A DNA stretch of 64,000 nt from Bacteroidales bacterium (GTDB lineage Bacteria > Bacteroidota > Bacteroidia > Bacteroidales > M50B96), in the NCBI GenBank assembly GCA_021739985.1, contig JAIPAR010000001.1:7781-71780 (forward strand). Direction: 5' to 3'. Under the pieces are notes generated by a model that worked only from the letters and a program-made list of their open reading frames with translations, ran no database searches and was not told the origin of the DNA. A program made the position numbers and the translations under genes. Positions 38,628-48,736 of the stretch are shown here, piece after piece. Numbering within the stretch: position 1 is the first letter of the stretch; every line of letters starts with the position of its first letter.

Positions 38628-41351
38628 ATGAAAAAGCTCTATTTTCTTTTCGCTTTGCTGCTTTCTGCTCTTCTTTCACAGGCTCAGATATTTACGTTCT
38701 CAGGACAAGTTAGAGACTATGAAACCGGAGAAACATTAATTGGTGCGAACGTCCTGGTGAAACAAGGACTTGGAACAATAACTACTCCGGATGGAAATTT
38801 TTCTATCCAACTCACCAAAGGGAAATACAGCGTTGTTGTCTCCTATGTTGGATTCGACCCGGTAAAATTTGAGTTAAATCTGGAAAAAGATGTATATAAA
38901 CTCTTTAATCTGAAACCTCAAATGATTGGTGAAATTAGTGTCGTATCTGATGTAGCCCGCGAAAGAGAAACTCCGGTAGCATTTAGTACGATTAAGCCCG
39001 CCAAAATTGAAGAAGAATTGGCTGCAAGGGACTTGCCCTTAGTTTTAAATTCAACACCGGGTGTTTATGCAACCCAACAAGGGGGAGGCGATGGAGATGC
39101 CCGTGTAAATATCAGAGGTTTTAACCAAAGTAACCTTGCAATTATGCTCGACGGAGTTCCAGTTAATGACATGGAGAACGGCTGGGTATATTGGTCAAAT
39201 TGGTTTGGTCTGGATTTAGTTACCCGCTCCATGCAGGTACAACGAGGCTTATCGGCCTCCAAACTCACAATTCCTTCAGTGGGTGGAACCATGAATATCA
39301 TTACCAAAGGAATTGAAACGAATCGCGAAACAAGATTTAAACAAGAGATCGATGGAGATGGAAAATCGAGATCCTCTCTAAGCTTTACTTCCGGCAAATT
39401 AAAGAACGGTTGGGGTTTTACATTAGCCGGTTCGTATAAAGGAGGGGATGGCTATGTGGATGAAACCTGGACAAAGGCCTGGTTCTATTATGCCAAAATT
39501 GATAAAAGAGTTGGAAACCACATTATTTCATTTTCTGCAATGGGTGCGCCTCAGGAACATGGGCAACGATATTACAAACGAGCTATTGCAACCTACGATT
39601 CAGCGTATGCTGTTTCTCTTGGCGTAGATATATTCCCCACCTATACAAATTTAGGGGATAAATACAACCAAAATTGGGGCTATCTGGAGAGATGGACCGG
39701 ATCAATCATAGACACCATCTTTCATCCCGCTATGCCAAATGTGGCCACTAAATTTATTTATGACACAACTCACGTTGAGAAAGAGCGCCTCCATTATAAA
39801 TATAATCAATACCATAAACCCATGTTTAATTTGAGAGATTTTTGGACTATTAACGATAAGTTATACGTTTCAAATATCTTATACTTATCCCTTGGTCAGG
39901 GAGGAGGTTCTTCAACGGCATCATCCCTTAATGATTCCAACCTGGACGAATTTGGACAAATAAACTGGCAAAACATCTATAATAATAATCGAACGGTTAA
40001 TAATATTGACGCAACCTATAGTGAGACCCTCTTTAAGGCAGGAAATTACCGGGTAATGAATGTAAACGAGCATATCTGGTACGGACTCTTATCAACAGCA
40101 AACTATAAGCAAAATAACAATCTTACCTGGTCAGGAGGAATTGACTTAAGATCATATAAAGGAAATCATTATCAAAAAATTATCGATTTACTGGGAGCTG
40201 ATTATGCCATAGATATTGACGACGCCAACCAGGAATCTCCAGTCAAAAAGGTAGGAGATAAAATCTATTTCCACGATAATGCCTGGGTAAACTGGGCTGG
40301 TTTGTTTGGTCAGGTTGAATATACGAGTGGTTGCTGGAGCCTCTTTGGAAATTTAAGCGCAGCCGAAACAGGATACAAAAAAATCGACCTGTTTAAACTG
40401 CCAACGGATTCTCTGAGAGAATCCGGTTGGCTCTATAAAACCAGCTTGACTATAAAGGGTGGCGCTAATTATAATATTAATGAACAATCTAATCTTTTTA
40501 TGAATACCGGTTTTCTGTCTAAAGCCCGCTCTAGCAACAATATCTACAATGGCTACCTTGCCAAATTTAGAACGAACACCGAAAATGAGAAAATATATGC
40601 CTTTGAATTAGGCTATTCCTTTCATAATCCAATCTTTGCATTTAACCTAAATGCTTATTATACGTACTGGAATGGTAAACCCATGAATAATATGTATTTT
40701 AAAGATGATGAAGGGGACGACCTTGTTGGATACATTAATGGAATTAACGAATTACACCAGGGAATTGAATTAGATTTTATCTACAAGATACATCCAAAAC
40801 TACAGTTTCAAGGACTTGTTTCTATTGGAGACTGGACCTACCAATCCATCGCAGATTCCGTGGCCTGTTATAATGCTGATAATCAAACTCAGTTTGTTAA
40901 ATATGCCAGCTTTAATGCTACCGGAATTCATGTTGGAGATGCAGCTCAAACACAATTTATGGGACAGCTTCGCTTTGAACCGATTAAAAACTTGTACATC
41001 TCAGCACAATACATCTATTTTGACCGATATTATGCAGATTTTACACCTACTCTAATGGATGAAAGTTCCTCGATTTCATCAAGTACAGACCCAATTGACT
41101 CCTGGAAAATCCCAGCCTACGGACTTATGGATTTAAATATGGGTTATGGTTTTAAAGTGCAAAAATCAAGAATTGATATTCGCTTTAGTATGACTAATGT
41201 GTTGAATACCTTATATATTTCTGATGCAACAAATAATGACCAGTATATTTATTCCACTTTCCCAACAGACAGAGGATACGAAGCATCTACTTCAAGTGTA
41301 TTCCTTGGACTTGGAAGAAGATTTAATACTTCGGTAAGCATCTCCTTTTAA
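38628..41351 (+). CDS. TonB-dependent outer-membrane receptor with N-terminal CarboxypepD_reg domain (non-SusC type)
   Basis: Signal peptide, FSGQVRDYETGETLIGANVLV, plug motif GDARVNIRGFNQSNLAIMLDGVPVND, a long beta-barrel and a terminal Phe. Confidence 0.9.
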   Translation: MKKLYFLFALLLSALLSQAQIFTFSGQVRDYETGETLIGANVLVKQGLGTITTPDGNFSIQLTKGKYSVVVSYVGFDPVKFELNLEKDVYKLFNLKPQMIGEISVVSDVARERETPVAFSTIKPAKIEEELAARDLPLVLNSTPGVYATQQGGGDGDARVNIRGFNQSNLAIMLDGVPVNDMENGWVYWSNWFGLDLVTRSMQVQRGLSASKLTIPSVGGTMNIITKGIETNRETRFKQEIDGDGKSRSSLSFTSGKLKNGWGFTLAGSYKGGDGYVDETWTKAWFYYAKIDKRVGNHIISFSAMGAPQEHGQRYYKRAIATYDSAYAVSLGVDIFPTYTNLGDKYNQNWGYLERWTGSIIDTIFHPAMPNVATKFIYDTTHVEKERLHYKYNQYHKPMFNLRDFWTINDKLYVSNILYLSLGQGGGSSTASSLNDSNLDEFGQINWQNIYNNNRTVNNIDATYSETLFKAGNYRVMNVNEHIWYGLLSTANYKQNNNLTWSGGIDLRSYKGNHYQKIIDLLGADYAIDIDDANQESPVKKVGDKIYFHDNAWVNWAGLFGQVEYTSGCWSLFGNLSAAETGYKKIDLFKLPTDSLRESGWLYKTSLTIKGGANYNINEQSNLFMNTGFLSKARSSNNIYNGYLAKFRTNTENEKIYAFELGYSFHNPIFAFNLNAYYTYWNGKPMNNMYFKDDEGDDLVGYINGINELHQGIELDFIYKIHPKLQFQGLVSIGDWTYQSIADSVACYNADNQTQFVKYASFNATGIHVGDAAQTQFMGQLRFEPIKNLYISAQYIYFDRYYADFTPTLMDESSSISSSTDPIDSWKIPAYGLMDLNMGYGFKVQKSRIDIRFSMTNVLNTLYISDATNNDQYIYSTFPTDRGYEASTSSVFLGLGRRFNTSVSISF

Positions 41352-41393
41352 TCTATCAAATGATCATTATCGCCAATTAAACTAGATAATCAA

Positions 41394-43568
41394 ATGAAAA
41401 ACCTCCTTCTTTCGCTGATACTTGTTCTATCTGCCTTATCAATCCTGGCTCAGCCAATAAACTATTACCAAGGTACGCAAGGTTTAACAGGGACTGCTCT
41501 TAAAGCTCAATTGCACAATATTATTGATGATCATTTAGAGTATCAATATTCGACCGTTAAACAAATTCTCCGCCAAGCCGATGAAGACCCAAATAATCCG
41601 GATAACCTGATTCTCATTTTTACGGGCTGGTCTATTCCAAAAGCTAATTTCGCCGTATATCTTGATTCAGTTGATTACTGGAATCGGGAACATATTTGGG
41701 CGAAATCACATGGTGATTTTGGTACTGACCCAGGACCCGGAACCGATTGCCATGCGCTTAAACCTGTTGACAATACAGTTAACTCGGCCAAATCGAATAA
41801 AGATTATGACAATGGTGGAACTCAATATTATGACAATGGAGTGCCTACCGGCTGCTTTACCGATGCCGATTCCTGGGAACCTATTGACTCACAAAAAGGA
41901 GATATCGCACGCATGATTTTTTATATGGATCTCCGGTATGAAGGGGATAATAGCGAACTCAACTTAACTGTTGTTGACCAGGTAAATACATATCCTGACC
42001 CCATGCACGGGAAACTATCAACTCTCCTCCAATGGCATCAGCAAGACCCGGTAGATGATTTTGAAAGAAGACGGAATGATGTCATTTTCCAATGGCAAAA
42101 AAATAGAAATCCATTTATCGACTATCCTGATTATGTAGAAAGGATTTGGAACAATTCTATTCCAAATCCTATTGTGTTATCAAATGCCTCTATAAGCCCC
42201 ACCGAACCCGAACCTTTACAGGATGTAGTATTAGAAATCAATATTACTTCAGGCTTACGGTCTATTAATTCAGCTACGCTGTATTGGGGAACTTCATGGG
42301 GTACGATGACCAACAGTATCTTAATGAATGCAACCGGAACCGTTTACTCTGCCCTCATTCCAGGTCAGCCTGCCAATCAAAATGTCTATGTAAAAATTGT
42401 CGCAGAAGATGGAACTGACTCAAATTATACTACCATTACCTATCATGTAGCCAATTACCCCTTTTCCGGAACAATTACTCCCATTCCGGAAATTCAGGGA
42501 CCTGGAAGTGCCACTCCTTTTTCCGGTCAGAGTAAGACAATCTCCGGCATTGTGACGGCAGCCTTTGGAGCCGATTTCTTTGTTCAAAGCGGCCAGGGCC
42601 CCCGAACTGGTGTTTATCTCTATAACTCCGGCTATTTCCCGGCAGTTGGCGATAGCGTTATTGTTACCGGAGAAGTTTCTGAATACTATGGGAAAACAGA
42701 AATCATCAATATTTCAGACTACTATTATATCTCTTCGAATAACCCGGTTCCAGACCCAATCATTCTTACGTCAGGCGAAGCCTCCAACGAAGATTATGAA
42801 TCCGTACTGGTAAAACTGGTTAATGTGCAGTGCGTGCGAGATACCCTTTATGGAATGTGGATTGTTAACGATGGTACCGGTGATTGTTTGATTCATAACT
42901 CAGCTATTTACACTCACCCTTATGCTATTGGCGAATACTACGACATTATTGGGGTGATGAATTATGATTTCGACCAATTTAAAATCGAATTGCGCAGTGC
43001 CGATGACGTAGAAACCGGAACCGATGAAGCGGCTCCTTTTATCATTTCTGCCACCCCGGCTACTCCAACCATTCTAAATATCATTTTTAATGAAAAACTC
43101 CAGCCTACGGGAGTAAATACGCTTAGCAATTATTCAATTAACAATGGAGTAAACATCACCAATGCCATGCTCCATTCCATCGATAATCGCAAGGTAATTC
43201 TAACCGTATCCGGCATGAATGGTGGTGATTACACCCTCACTGTCAATAACCTGATGGATTTGGCAGGAAATGCAATTACAAGCACGAGCTTTAATTTTAG
43301 CTACCTCGATAATCCTGAACTAAATGCATCCGCTTTTAACCTTTATCCAAACCCGGCCTCTGAACAAGTTGAATTATATCTCCCTGAAAACCTGAATCGA
43401 AGTACCATTTACCTATACGACCTGCAGGGACGTATTGCATTGGAAAAATCAGTCTCCCCAGGTGAAACGGTGGTAAAACTTGACCTTCGGAGCTTGCTTT
43501 CAGGTATCTATCTGGTTAAAATTTCCAACGAAAACTTACTGTTTATTAACAAACTGATTGTTGAATAA
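41394..43568 (+). CDS. T9SS-secreted multidomain endonuclease I family nuclease
   Basis: NREHIWAKSHG, HALKPVDNTVNSAKSNKDY, GDIARMIFYMDLRY and FQWQKNRNPFIDYP (endonuclease I/Vvn/Bsn-like). These are followed by Ig-like, OB-like (VTGEVSEYYGKTEI) and SbsA-Ig-like modules and the T9SS tail LYPNPASEQV...SGIYLVKISN. Confidence 0.88.
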   Translation: MKNLLLSLILVLSALSILAQPINYYQGTQGLTGTALKAQLHNIIDDHLEYQYSTVKQILRQADEDPNNPDNLILIFTGWSIPKANFAVYLDSVDYWNREHIWAKSHGDFGTDPGPGTDCHALKPVDNTVNSAKSNKDYDNGGTQYYDNGVPTGCFTDADSWEPIDSQKGDIARMIFYMDLRYEGDNSELNLTVVDQVNTYPDPMHGKLSTLLQWHQQDPVDDFERRRNDVIFQWQKNRNPFIDYPDYVERIWNNSIPNPIVLSNASISPTEPEPLQDVVLEINITSGLRSINSATLYWGTSWGTMTNSILMNATGTVYSALIPGQPANQNVYVKIVAEDGTDSNYTTITYHVANYPFSGTITPIPEIQGPGSATPFSGQSKTISGIVTAAFGADFFVQSGQGPRTGVYLYNSGYFPAVGDSVIVTGEVSEYYGKTEIINISDYYYISSNNPVPDPIILTSGEASNEDYESVLVKLVNVQCVRDTLYGMWIVNDGTGDCLIHNSAIYTHPYAIGEYYDIIGVMNYDFDQFKIELRSADDVETGTDEAAPFIISATPATPTILNIIFNEKLQPTGVNTLSNYSINNGVNITNAMLHSIDNRKVILTVSGMNGGDYTLTVNNLMDLAGNAITSTSFNFSYLDNPELNASAFNLYPNPASEQVELYLPENLNRSTIYLYDLQGRIALEKSVSPGETVVKLDLRSLLSGIYLVKISNENLLFINKLIVE

Positions 43569-43606
43569 ACATTTTTCTTCATCAATCCTTATTCATTAAA
43601 AAATAC

Positions 43607-45043
43607 ATGAACAGCTATTTGAAACCTACAGGGTATAAATCAGTTTATACCTTGTACCTGCTTAGTAAGCAAGCCGAAATTTTGCCGGCTCTTTTTTCGG
43701 AAGATGAAACCCGTTTCATCCTTCAGGAAAAAGAAAAGAAACACGATTTAGTGCATCTCAACCGCTTGTCGAGTCAGCTTTTTATCCAATTCCTGGATAC
43801 TGAAAATCTGAATTATAAAACCAACGAAAAAGCACGGTCTGAAGCATCCGGAGTATGCAAAAAACTTAATTCGTTGAAGGCTAACGAACTGCATATCATC
43901 GATTTAATTGAGGAAAAAGCACTCACTCTGGCTTATGCCGAAGGACTTATCCTGAACAATTATCAGTTTATCAAATATTATAAAAATCAGGAAGAGAAGA
44001 AAAATTCACTGGAATCGCTTTTCATTACGTCACCAGTCGTTTCGGATGATGAAATGCATGAACTTCAAGTTGTCACCGAAGCTGTTTACCGGGCACGAAC
44101 CTGGATAAACGAACCAGTTAACTATTTGACTGCTGTTCAGCTCTCGGAAGAAATTCGTGAACTGGGTCATCAATGCGGTTTCCAGGTTGAAGTCTTTGAT
44201 AAATCCCGCATTAAAGCCCTTAAAATGGGAGGATTGCTTGCTGTAAACAAAGGCAGCCAGGATCCACCAAGCTTTAATATCCTGGAATGGAAACCAACAA
44301 ACGCAAAAAACGAACAGCCTTTAATTCTCGTAGGAAAAGGTGTTACGTATGATACCGGAGGACTTTCTTTAAAACCTACTTCCAATAGCATGGATTACAT
44401 GAAATCGGATATGTCAGGCGCCGCCGCTGTTGCCGGCCTTATCTCCGTGCTGGCTCAACTTAAATTGCCCGTTCATGTAATTGGACTTATACCGGCCACC
44501 GATAATCGACCCGGTGAGAATGCTATTACTCCCGGCGATATCATTGAAATGCACAATGGCCTGTTTGTCGAAGTACTTAACACTGATGCCGAAGGACGAT
44601 TAATTCTGGGCGATGCACTTAGCTATGCCCAGCGTTATCAGCCGGAACTGGTAATCGACCTCGCCACACTAACAGGCGCTGCATCGGTAACCGTTGGTAT
44701 CTATGGCTCCATTGTCATGGGAAATGTGGGTGAGCCTATCATGACTGAGCTTAAAAATGCCGGCTTTGAAACCTATGAACGATTAGTAGAGCTTCCGATG
44801 TGGGACGAATATGGCGATATGATTAAATCGGATGTGGCTGATATTAAGAACAGTACCAAGCGCGATGGCGGAACTATTACAGCCGGGAAATTCCTGGAGC
44901 GTTTCACCGATTATCCCTGGGTGCATTTAGATATCGCACCCTCTGCCTTCCTCCACAGCAACGAAAACTACAAACCGCAAGGTGGCGTTGGCGTAGGGAT
45001 TCGGCTTTTGTTTGAATTTATCAAAAAGCACTATTTAGCTTAA
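43607..45043 (+). CDS. pepA: M17 leucyl aminopeptidase
   Basis: VGKGVTYDTGGLSLKP, MKSDMSGAA and NTDAEGRLILGDAL. Confidence 0.92.
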   Translation: MNSYLKPTGYKSVYTLYLLSKQAEILPALFSEDETRFILQEKEKKHDLVHLNRLSSQLFIQFLDTENLNYKTNEKARSEASGVCKKLNSLKANELHIIDLIEEKALTLAYAEGLILNNYQFIKYYKNQEEKKNSLESLFITSPVVSDDEMHELQVVTEAVYRARTWINEPVNYLTAVQLSEEIRELGHQCGFQVEVFDKSRIKALKMGGLLAVNKGSQDPPSFNILEWKPTNAKNEQPLILVGKGVTYDTGGLSLKPTSNSMDYMKSDMSGAAAVAGLISVLAQLKLPVHVIGLIPATDNRPGENAITPGDIIEMHNGLFVEVLNTDAEGRLILGDALSYAQRYQPELVIDLATLTGAASVTVGIYGSIVMGNVGEPIMTELKNAGFETYERLVELPMWDEYGDMIKSDVADIKNSTKRDGGTITAGKFLERFTDYPWVHLDIAPSAFLHSNENYKPQGGVGVGIRLLFEFIKKHYLA

Positions 45044-45056
45044 GAACCCGGCAGGT

Positions 45057-46352
45057 TTAGCCCCGCTTTTTAGAACGACGGGTTTTACTGAAATTCACCT
45101 GCTCATAATATTTTTTCTTCTCTTGAAACGCCGGGCCTCCCTGGCGTTTTTTCATGGGCTTCAGGTAGTTCTTATCGAACAAAACCGGCCGCTCATCATC
45201 CGTAAAAATATTCGAAAGTTGAACCTGCTCCGGCATACTTATCACCTCAATCTTACGGTTCATCAGGGTTTCCACTTCCTTTAAAGATTCGCGTTCCGCT
45301 TCATTCACAAAGGATATGGAAATCCCATCCTTATCCGCCCGGCCCGTACGCCCGATTCGGTGAATATAATCCGGCGCTTCCGAAGGAAAATCAAAATTGA
45401 TAACATGACTTACATCCTGAACATCAAGACCGCGAGCAGCAATATCAGTTGCAATTAGCACCCTGATTTCACCTTGTGTAAAGCGCTCCAGCGTTCCAAT
45501 CCGCAAATTCTGTGATTTATTACTGTGAATAACAGCAATCCCGCTTATTCCTTTTTTCGTGAGCTCTTCTTCCAGCCGGTCGGCTAATTTCTTGGACTTT
45601 GAAAAAACCAGCACTTTAAGCATATCTTCTTGATTTTTAAGAAGATACTCAAGTAGGTTTATTTTTGAAAAGAAATTCGGGACTAAATAAACACCTTGTT
45701 GAATTTTATCCAGGGTTGCTCCGTGTGGAGCGATTTCAATTTTCTCAGGATGCACAAAAAAATCTTCAATCAAATCATCCACTTCTTCGGTTAGTGTAGC
45801 CGAAAACATTAAGTTTTGGCGATTTTCCGGCAATAATTCCAAAATACTGATAATCTGAGGCCTAAATCCCAGATTCAACATTTCATCCACCTCATCTATA
45901 ATAACACGCTGAATCGATTTCAAACGAATCACACCAGACATAGCCAAGTCAAATAACCGACCCGGCGTAGCTACCAGGATATCGATTCCCTGATATACTT
46001 CTTCTTTCTGAGTATTGATATTCGTTCCTCCATATACGCCCGAAACCCGAACAGTCATAAAGCTGGTGAGTTTTTCAATTTCCCGGATGACCTGAAGCAC
46101 AAGCTCACGGGTTGGTACTAAAATCATGACCCGTGGATGCCTTTGTTCGGAGTATTTCATCTGACGTAAGACAGGTAAAAGATACGCAAGGGTTTTCCCG
46201 GTTCCGGTTTGTGCGATGCCAATGACATCTTTTCCACCCATTATAACCGGAAAAACCGCCGCCTGAATAGGTGTTGGGTTCACATAATCCAGCTCACTCA
46301 ATGCATTCAGCAATGGGCTACTCAGATTTAATTCTGTAAATGATTGAATCAT
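45057..46352 (-). CDS. DEAD-box ATP-dependent RNA helicase
   Basis: Start at ATG 46352 (MIQSFTELNL, Q-motif context). Motifs AQTGTGKT, DEVD, SAT and HRIGRTGR, plus a basic C-terminal tail. Confidence 0.92.
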   Translation of the reverse strand: MIQSFTELNLSSPLLNALSELDYVNPTPIQAAVFPVIMGGKDVIGIAQTGTGKTLAYLLPVLRQMKYSEQRHPRVMILVPTRELVLQVIREIEKLTSFMTVRVSGVYGGTNINTQKEEVYQGIDILVATPGRLFDLAMSGVIRLKSIQRVIIDEVDEMLNLGFRPQIISILELLPENRQNLMFSATLTEEVDDLIEDFFVHPEKIEIAPHGATLDKIQQGVYLVPNFFSKINLLEYLLKNQEDMLKVLVFSKSKKLADRLEEELTKKGISGIAVIHSNKSQNLRIGTLERFTQGEIRVLIATDIAARGLDVQDVSHVINFDFPSEAPDYIHRIGRTGRADKDGISISFVNEAERESLKEVETLMNRKIEVISMPEQVQLSNIFTDDERPVLFDKNYLKPMKKRQGGPAFQEKKKYYEQVNFSKTRRSKKRG

Positions 46353-46435
46353 CAGGTAAAGTTTGCGGCAAAAGTACGCTTTTGTTAGCAGTTCTCCGGA
46401 CATAAGCTTACTTTTGACCATTATTAATTCAGACT

Positions 46436-48736
46436 ATGAGATATTTACTCCTTCTGATTCAACTTATCAGCCTTCAATCATTCGCTCAATATTTCCCGGA
46501 ATCAGGTCCGGTTTTCGACGACTCCTCGGTTCCAACTATCGATATTTACATCAATCCAACATACCTGGATCAAATCCTCGCTTCCGGTAATGAATCGAGT
46601 ACGACCGAATATCCTGCCAACTTTGTATTCACATCCGGAGGAAAAACCGAATCCGTGGCTAATGTAGGATTTAGACTCCGCGGAAACACCTCCCGGTACT
46701 CCCAAAAAAAATCCTTCAAAGTATCTTTCAATTCATTCGAAAATCAAAAATTTCATGAGCTTGAAAAACTAAATCTAAATGGGGAGCACAATGACCCAAG
46801 TATCTGTCGTTCAACTATTTTCTGGAAATTGGCAGCCTGGAATCATATCCCGGGAAGTCGTATCAATCATGTAAATCTGTATATCAACGGGCAATACAAA
46901 GGGGTGTATGTGAATGTAGAACATATTGATGAAGAATTTGTAGAACTCCGCTTTGGAAATAAAGACGGAAATCTTTACAAATGCACATATCCTGCTGATT
47001 TAAAATACATTAATTCAAATCCAAATAGCTACAAGCTAACACAGTCATCCACCAGAGTTTATGAGCTTCAAACGAATACCGAAGCCGATGATTATAGCGA
47101 TTTGGCTCAACTGATTCACGTGCTGGCCTTTAATTCAGGCGATAAACTGCGAAAGCAACTGGAACCTATTTTCAACGTTCGTGCTTTTCTCAAATATTAT
47201 GCTTTCGAAGTGCTCACCGGGCATTGGGATGGATACGCAATCAACAAAAACAATTTCTATCTCTATCACAATACAGCTACGGGTCAATTTGAGTTTATTC
47301 CCTATGATGGGGATAATACCTTTGGGATTGATTGGTTTAATGAGGATTGGGCTAAAAGGGACATCCACAATTGGGAGCAGGATGATCGACCTTTGGTGAA
47401 TAAAATACTGGCAGTGCCGGAATATCGTTCCCTGTTCAATTTTTATGTGCGATACATGCTTGAGCACCATTTTAATCCCACTTTTTTAAATCCTATCCTG
47501 ACAAACCTGGAAAACACGCTGGCTGAATTCATCCCGGACGACCCTTATTACCCGCTGGATTATGGCTATGACTTGTCCGATTTTCATACTTCTTTCAGCA
47601 ATCCGGTTGGCAATCATGTAAAGTATGGCATCAAAGGCTACATTTCGACCCGCTTTACCCGTGCCAATAGTCAGCTCCGCACCGATCCCATTGCTCCGAT
47701 GATAAATCAGGTAACTTACAATTCGCCGGTTTCGGGTCAATTAATCGGTATTTCGGCCGTAATTGAGGATGAAGATGATGAACTATATCCCTGGATTATC
47801 TATGAAAAAATAAGCGGAAAACCCGATAGCATGCCCATGTATAACGATGGCCTTCATGCCGATGGATCTGACAATGATACCCTTTACGCCGGTTTTATTC
47901 CAACCAATGGTTTCGAGGGTGATTTCAAATTCTATATTCAGGTAACCGATGCCTCCGGAAAAACAAGTCGGAATCCATTTTCCGATTATTATACGCTGAA
48001 AGTTAAAAAGCCGGCCGATTCCTTTTATATCAATGAAGTTATGGCTGATAATGAAAACGATACGGTTGACAGCCATCAGAAGCATGAAGACTGGTTGGAG
48101 CTCTTTAATTACAATCCTTCGAGATATTCAACGGCTTTTTTATTTTTAAGTGATGATGAAACCAATTTGCAAAAATGGGCGCTCCCGGAGCTACAGGTGG
48201 AGCCTTTTTCCTATCTGCATTTTTGGTGTGATGAAGATGAGGAGGAAGGGGAAAATCATACCAACTTCAAATTAAATAACCGGGGTGAAACCATTTTCTT
48301 AAGTTATTTTGATGGTGATTCAAGTGCTATCCTGGATGTTTTTCCTTACACTTTTATTTCGGAAGATAAAACCGCAGGGAGATATCCGAATGGAATTGGT
48401 CCGATTCAAAGGCTGGCTCAAAGTAGTCCGGAGGCTTCGAATGTACCCATGCAAAGCGCTTCGCAACCTGACCAGGATGGAAAACTTATCGTTTCGCCCA
48501 ATCCATTTGATGCATTTACGCTTATTCAATGGGAAAATGCAAACTCAGAAACACTTACCATTCAAGTATTTAATTCCGAAGGTCGATTATTGCTGGAGCA
48601 AAGCAGTAACTCCAGTGAATGGATTTGGGATGGAAAAACCCAATCGGGCATCTTGTTGAAAAATGGAATCTATATCATCAAAGTATTTGGCTCGAAAACA
48701 TATCAGGCTAAAGTCCTTAAAATGAGTCTGAATTAG
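46436..48736 (+). CDS. T9SS-sorted CotH kinase family protein with lamin-tail domain
   Basis: Signal peptide, a CotH core (FRLRGNTSR..KKSFKV, LNLNGEHNDPS, FIPYDGDNTFG), an LTD (FYINEVMADN...DWLELFNYNP), and the T9SS tail SPNPF...NGIYIIKVFG. Confidence 0.85.
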   Translation: MRYLLLLIQLISLQSFAQYFPESGPVFDDSSVPTIDIYINPTYLDQILASGNESSTTEYPANFVFTSGGKTESVANVGFRLRGNTSRYSQKKSFKVSFNSFENQKFHELEKLNLNGEHNDPSICRSTIFWKLAAWNHIPGSRINHVNLYINGQYKGVYVNVEHIDEEFVELRFGNKDGNLYKCTYPADLKYINSNPNSYKLTQSSTRVYELQTNTEADDYSDLAQLIHVLAFNSGDKLRKQLEPIFNVRAFLKYYAFEVLTGHWDGYAINKNNFYLYHNTATGQFEFIPYDGDNTFGIDWFNEDWAKRDIHNWEQDDRPLVNKILAVPEYRSLFNFYVRYMLEHHFNPTFLNPILTNLENTLAEFIPDDPYYPLDYGYDLSDFHTSFSNPVGNHVKYGIKGYISTRFTRANSQLRTDPIAPMINQVTYNSPVSGQLIGISAVIEDEDDELYPWIIYEKISGKPDSMPMYNDGLHADGSDNDTLYAGFIPTNGFEGDFKFYIQVTDASGKTSRNPFSDYYTLKVKKPADSFYINEVMADNENDTVDSHQKHEDWLELFNYNPSRYSTAFLFLSDDETNLQKWALPELQVEPFSYLHFWCDEDEEEGENHTNFKLNNRGETIFLSYFDGDSSAILDVFPYTFISEDKTAGRYPNGIGPIQRLAQSSPEASNVPMQSASQPDQDGKLIVSPNPFDAFTLIQWENANSETLTIQVFNSEGRLLLEQSSNSSEWIWDGKTQSGILLKNGIYIIKVFGSKTYQAKVLKMSLN

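Noticed and set aside
48717-48736. 20-nt convergent overlap between the CotH gene and the 142-aa hypothetical gene as a regulatory feature
   Set aside because: Short 3'-3' overlaps are common in compact genomes. The overlap depends on a low-confidence small ORF, and no structure was seen.
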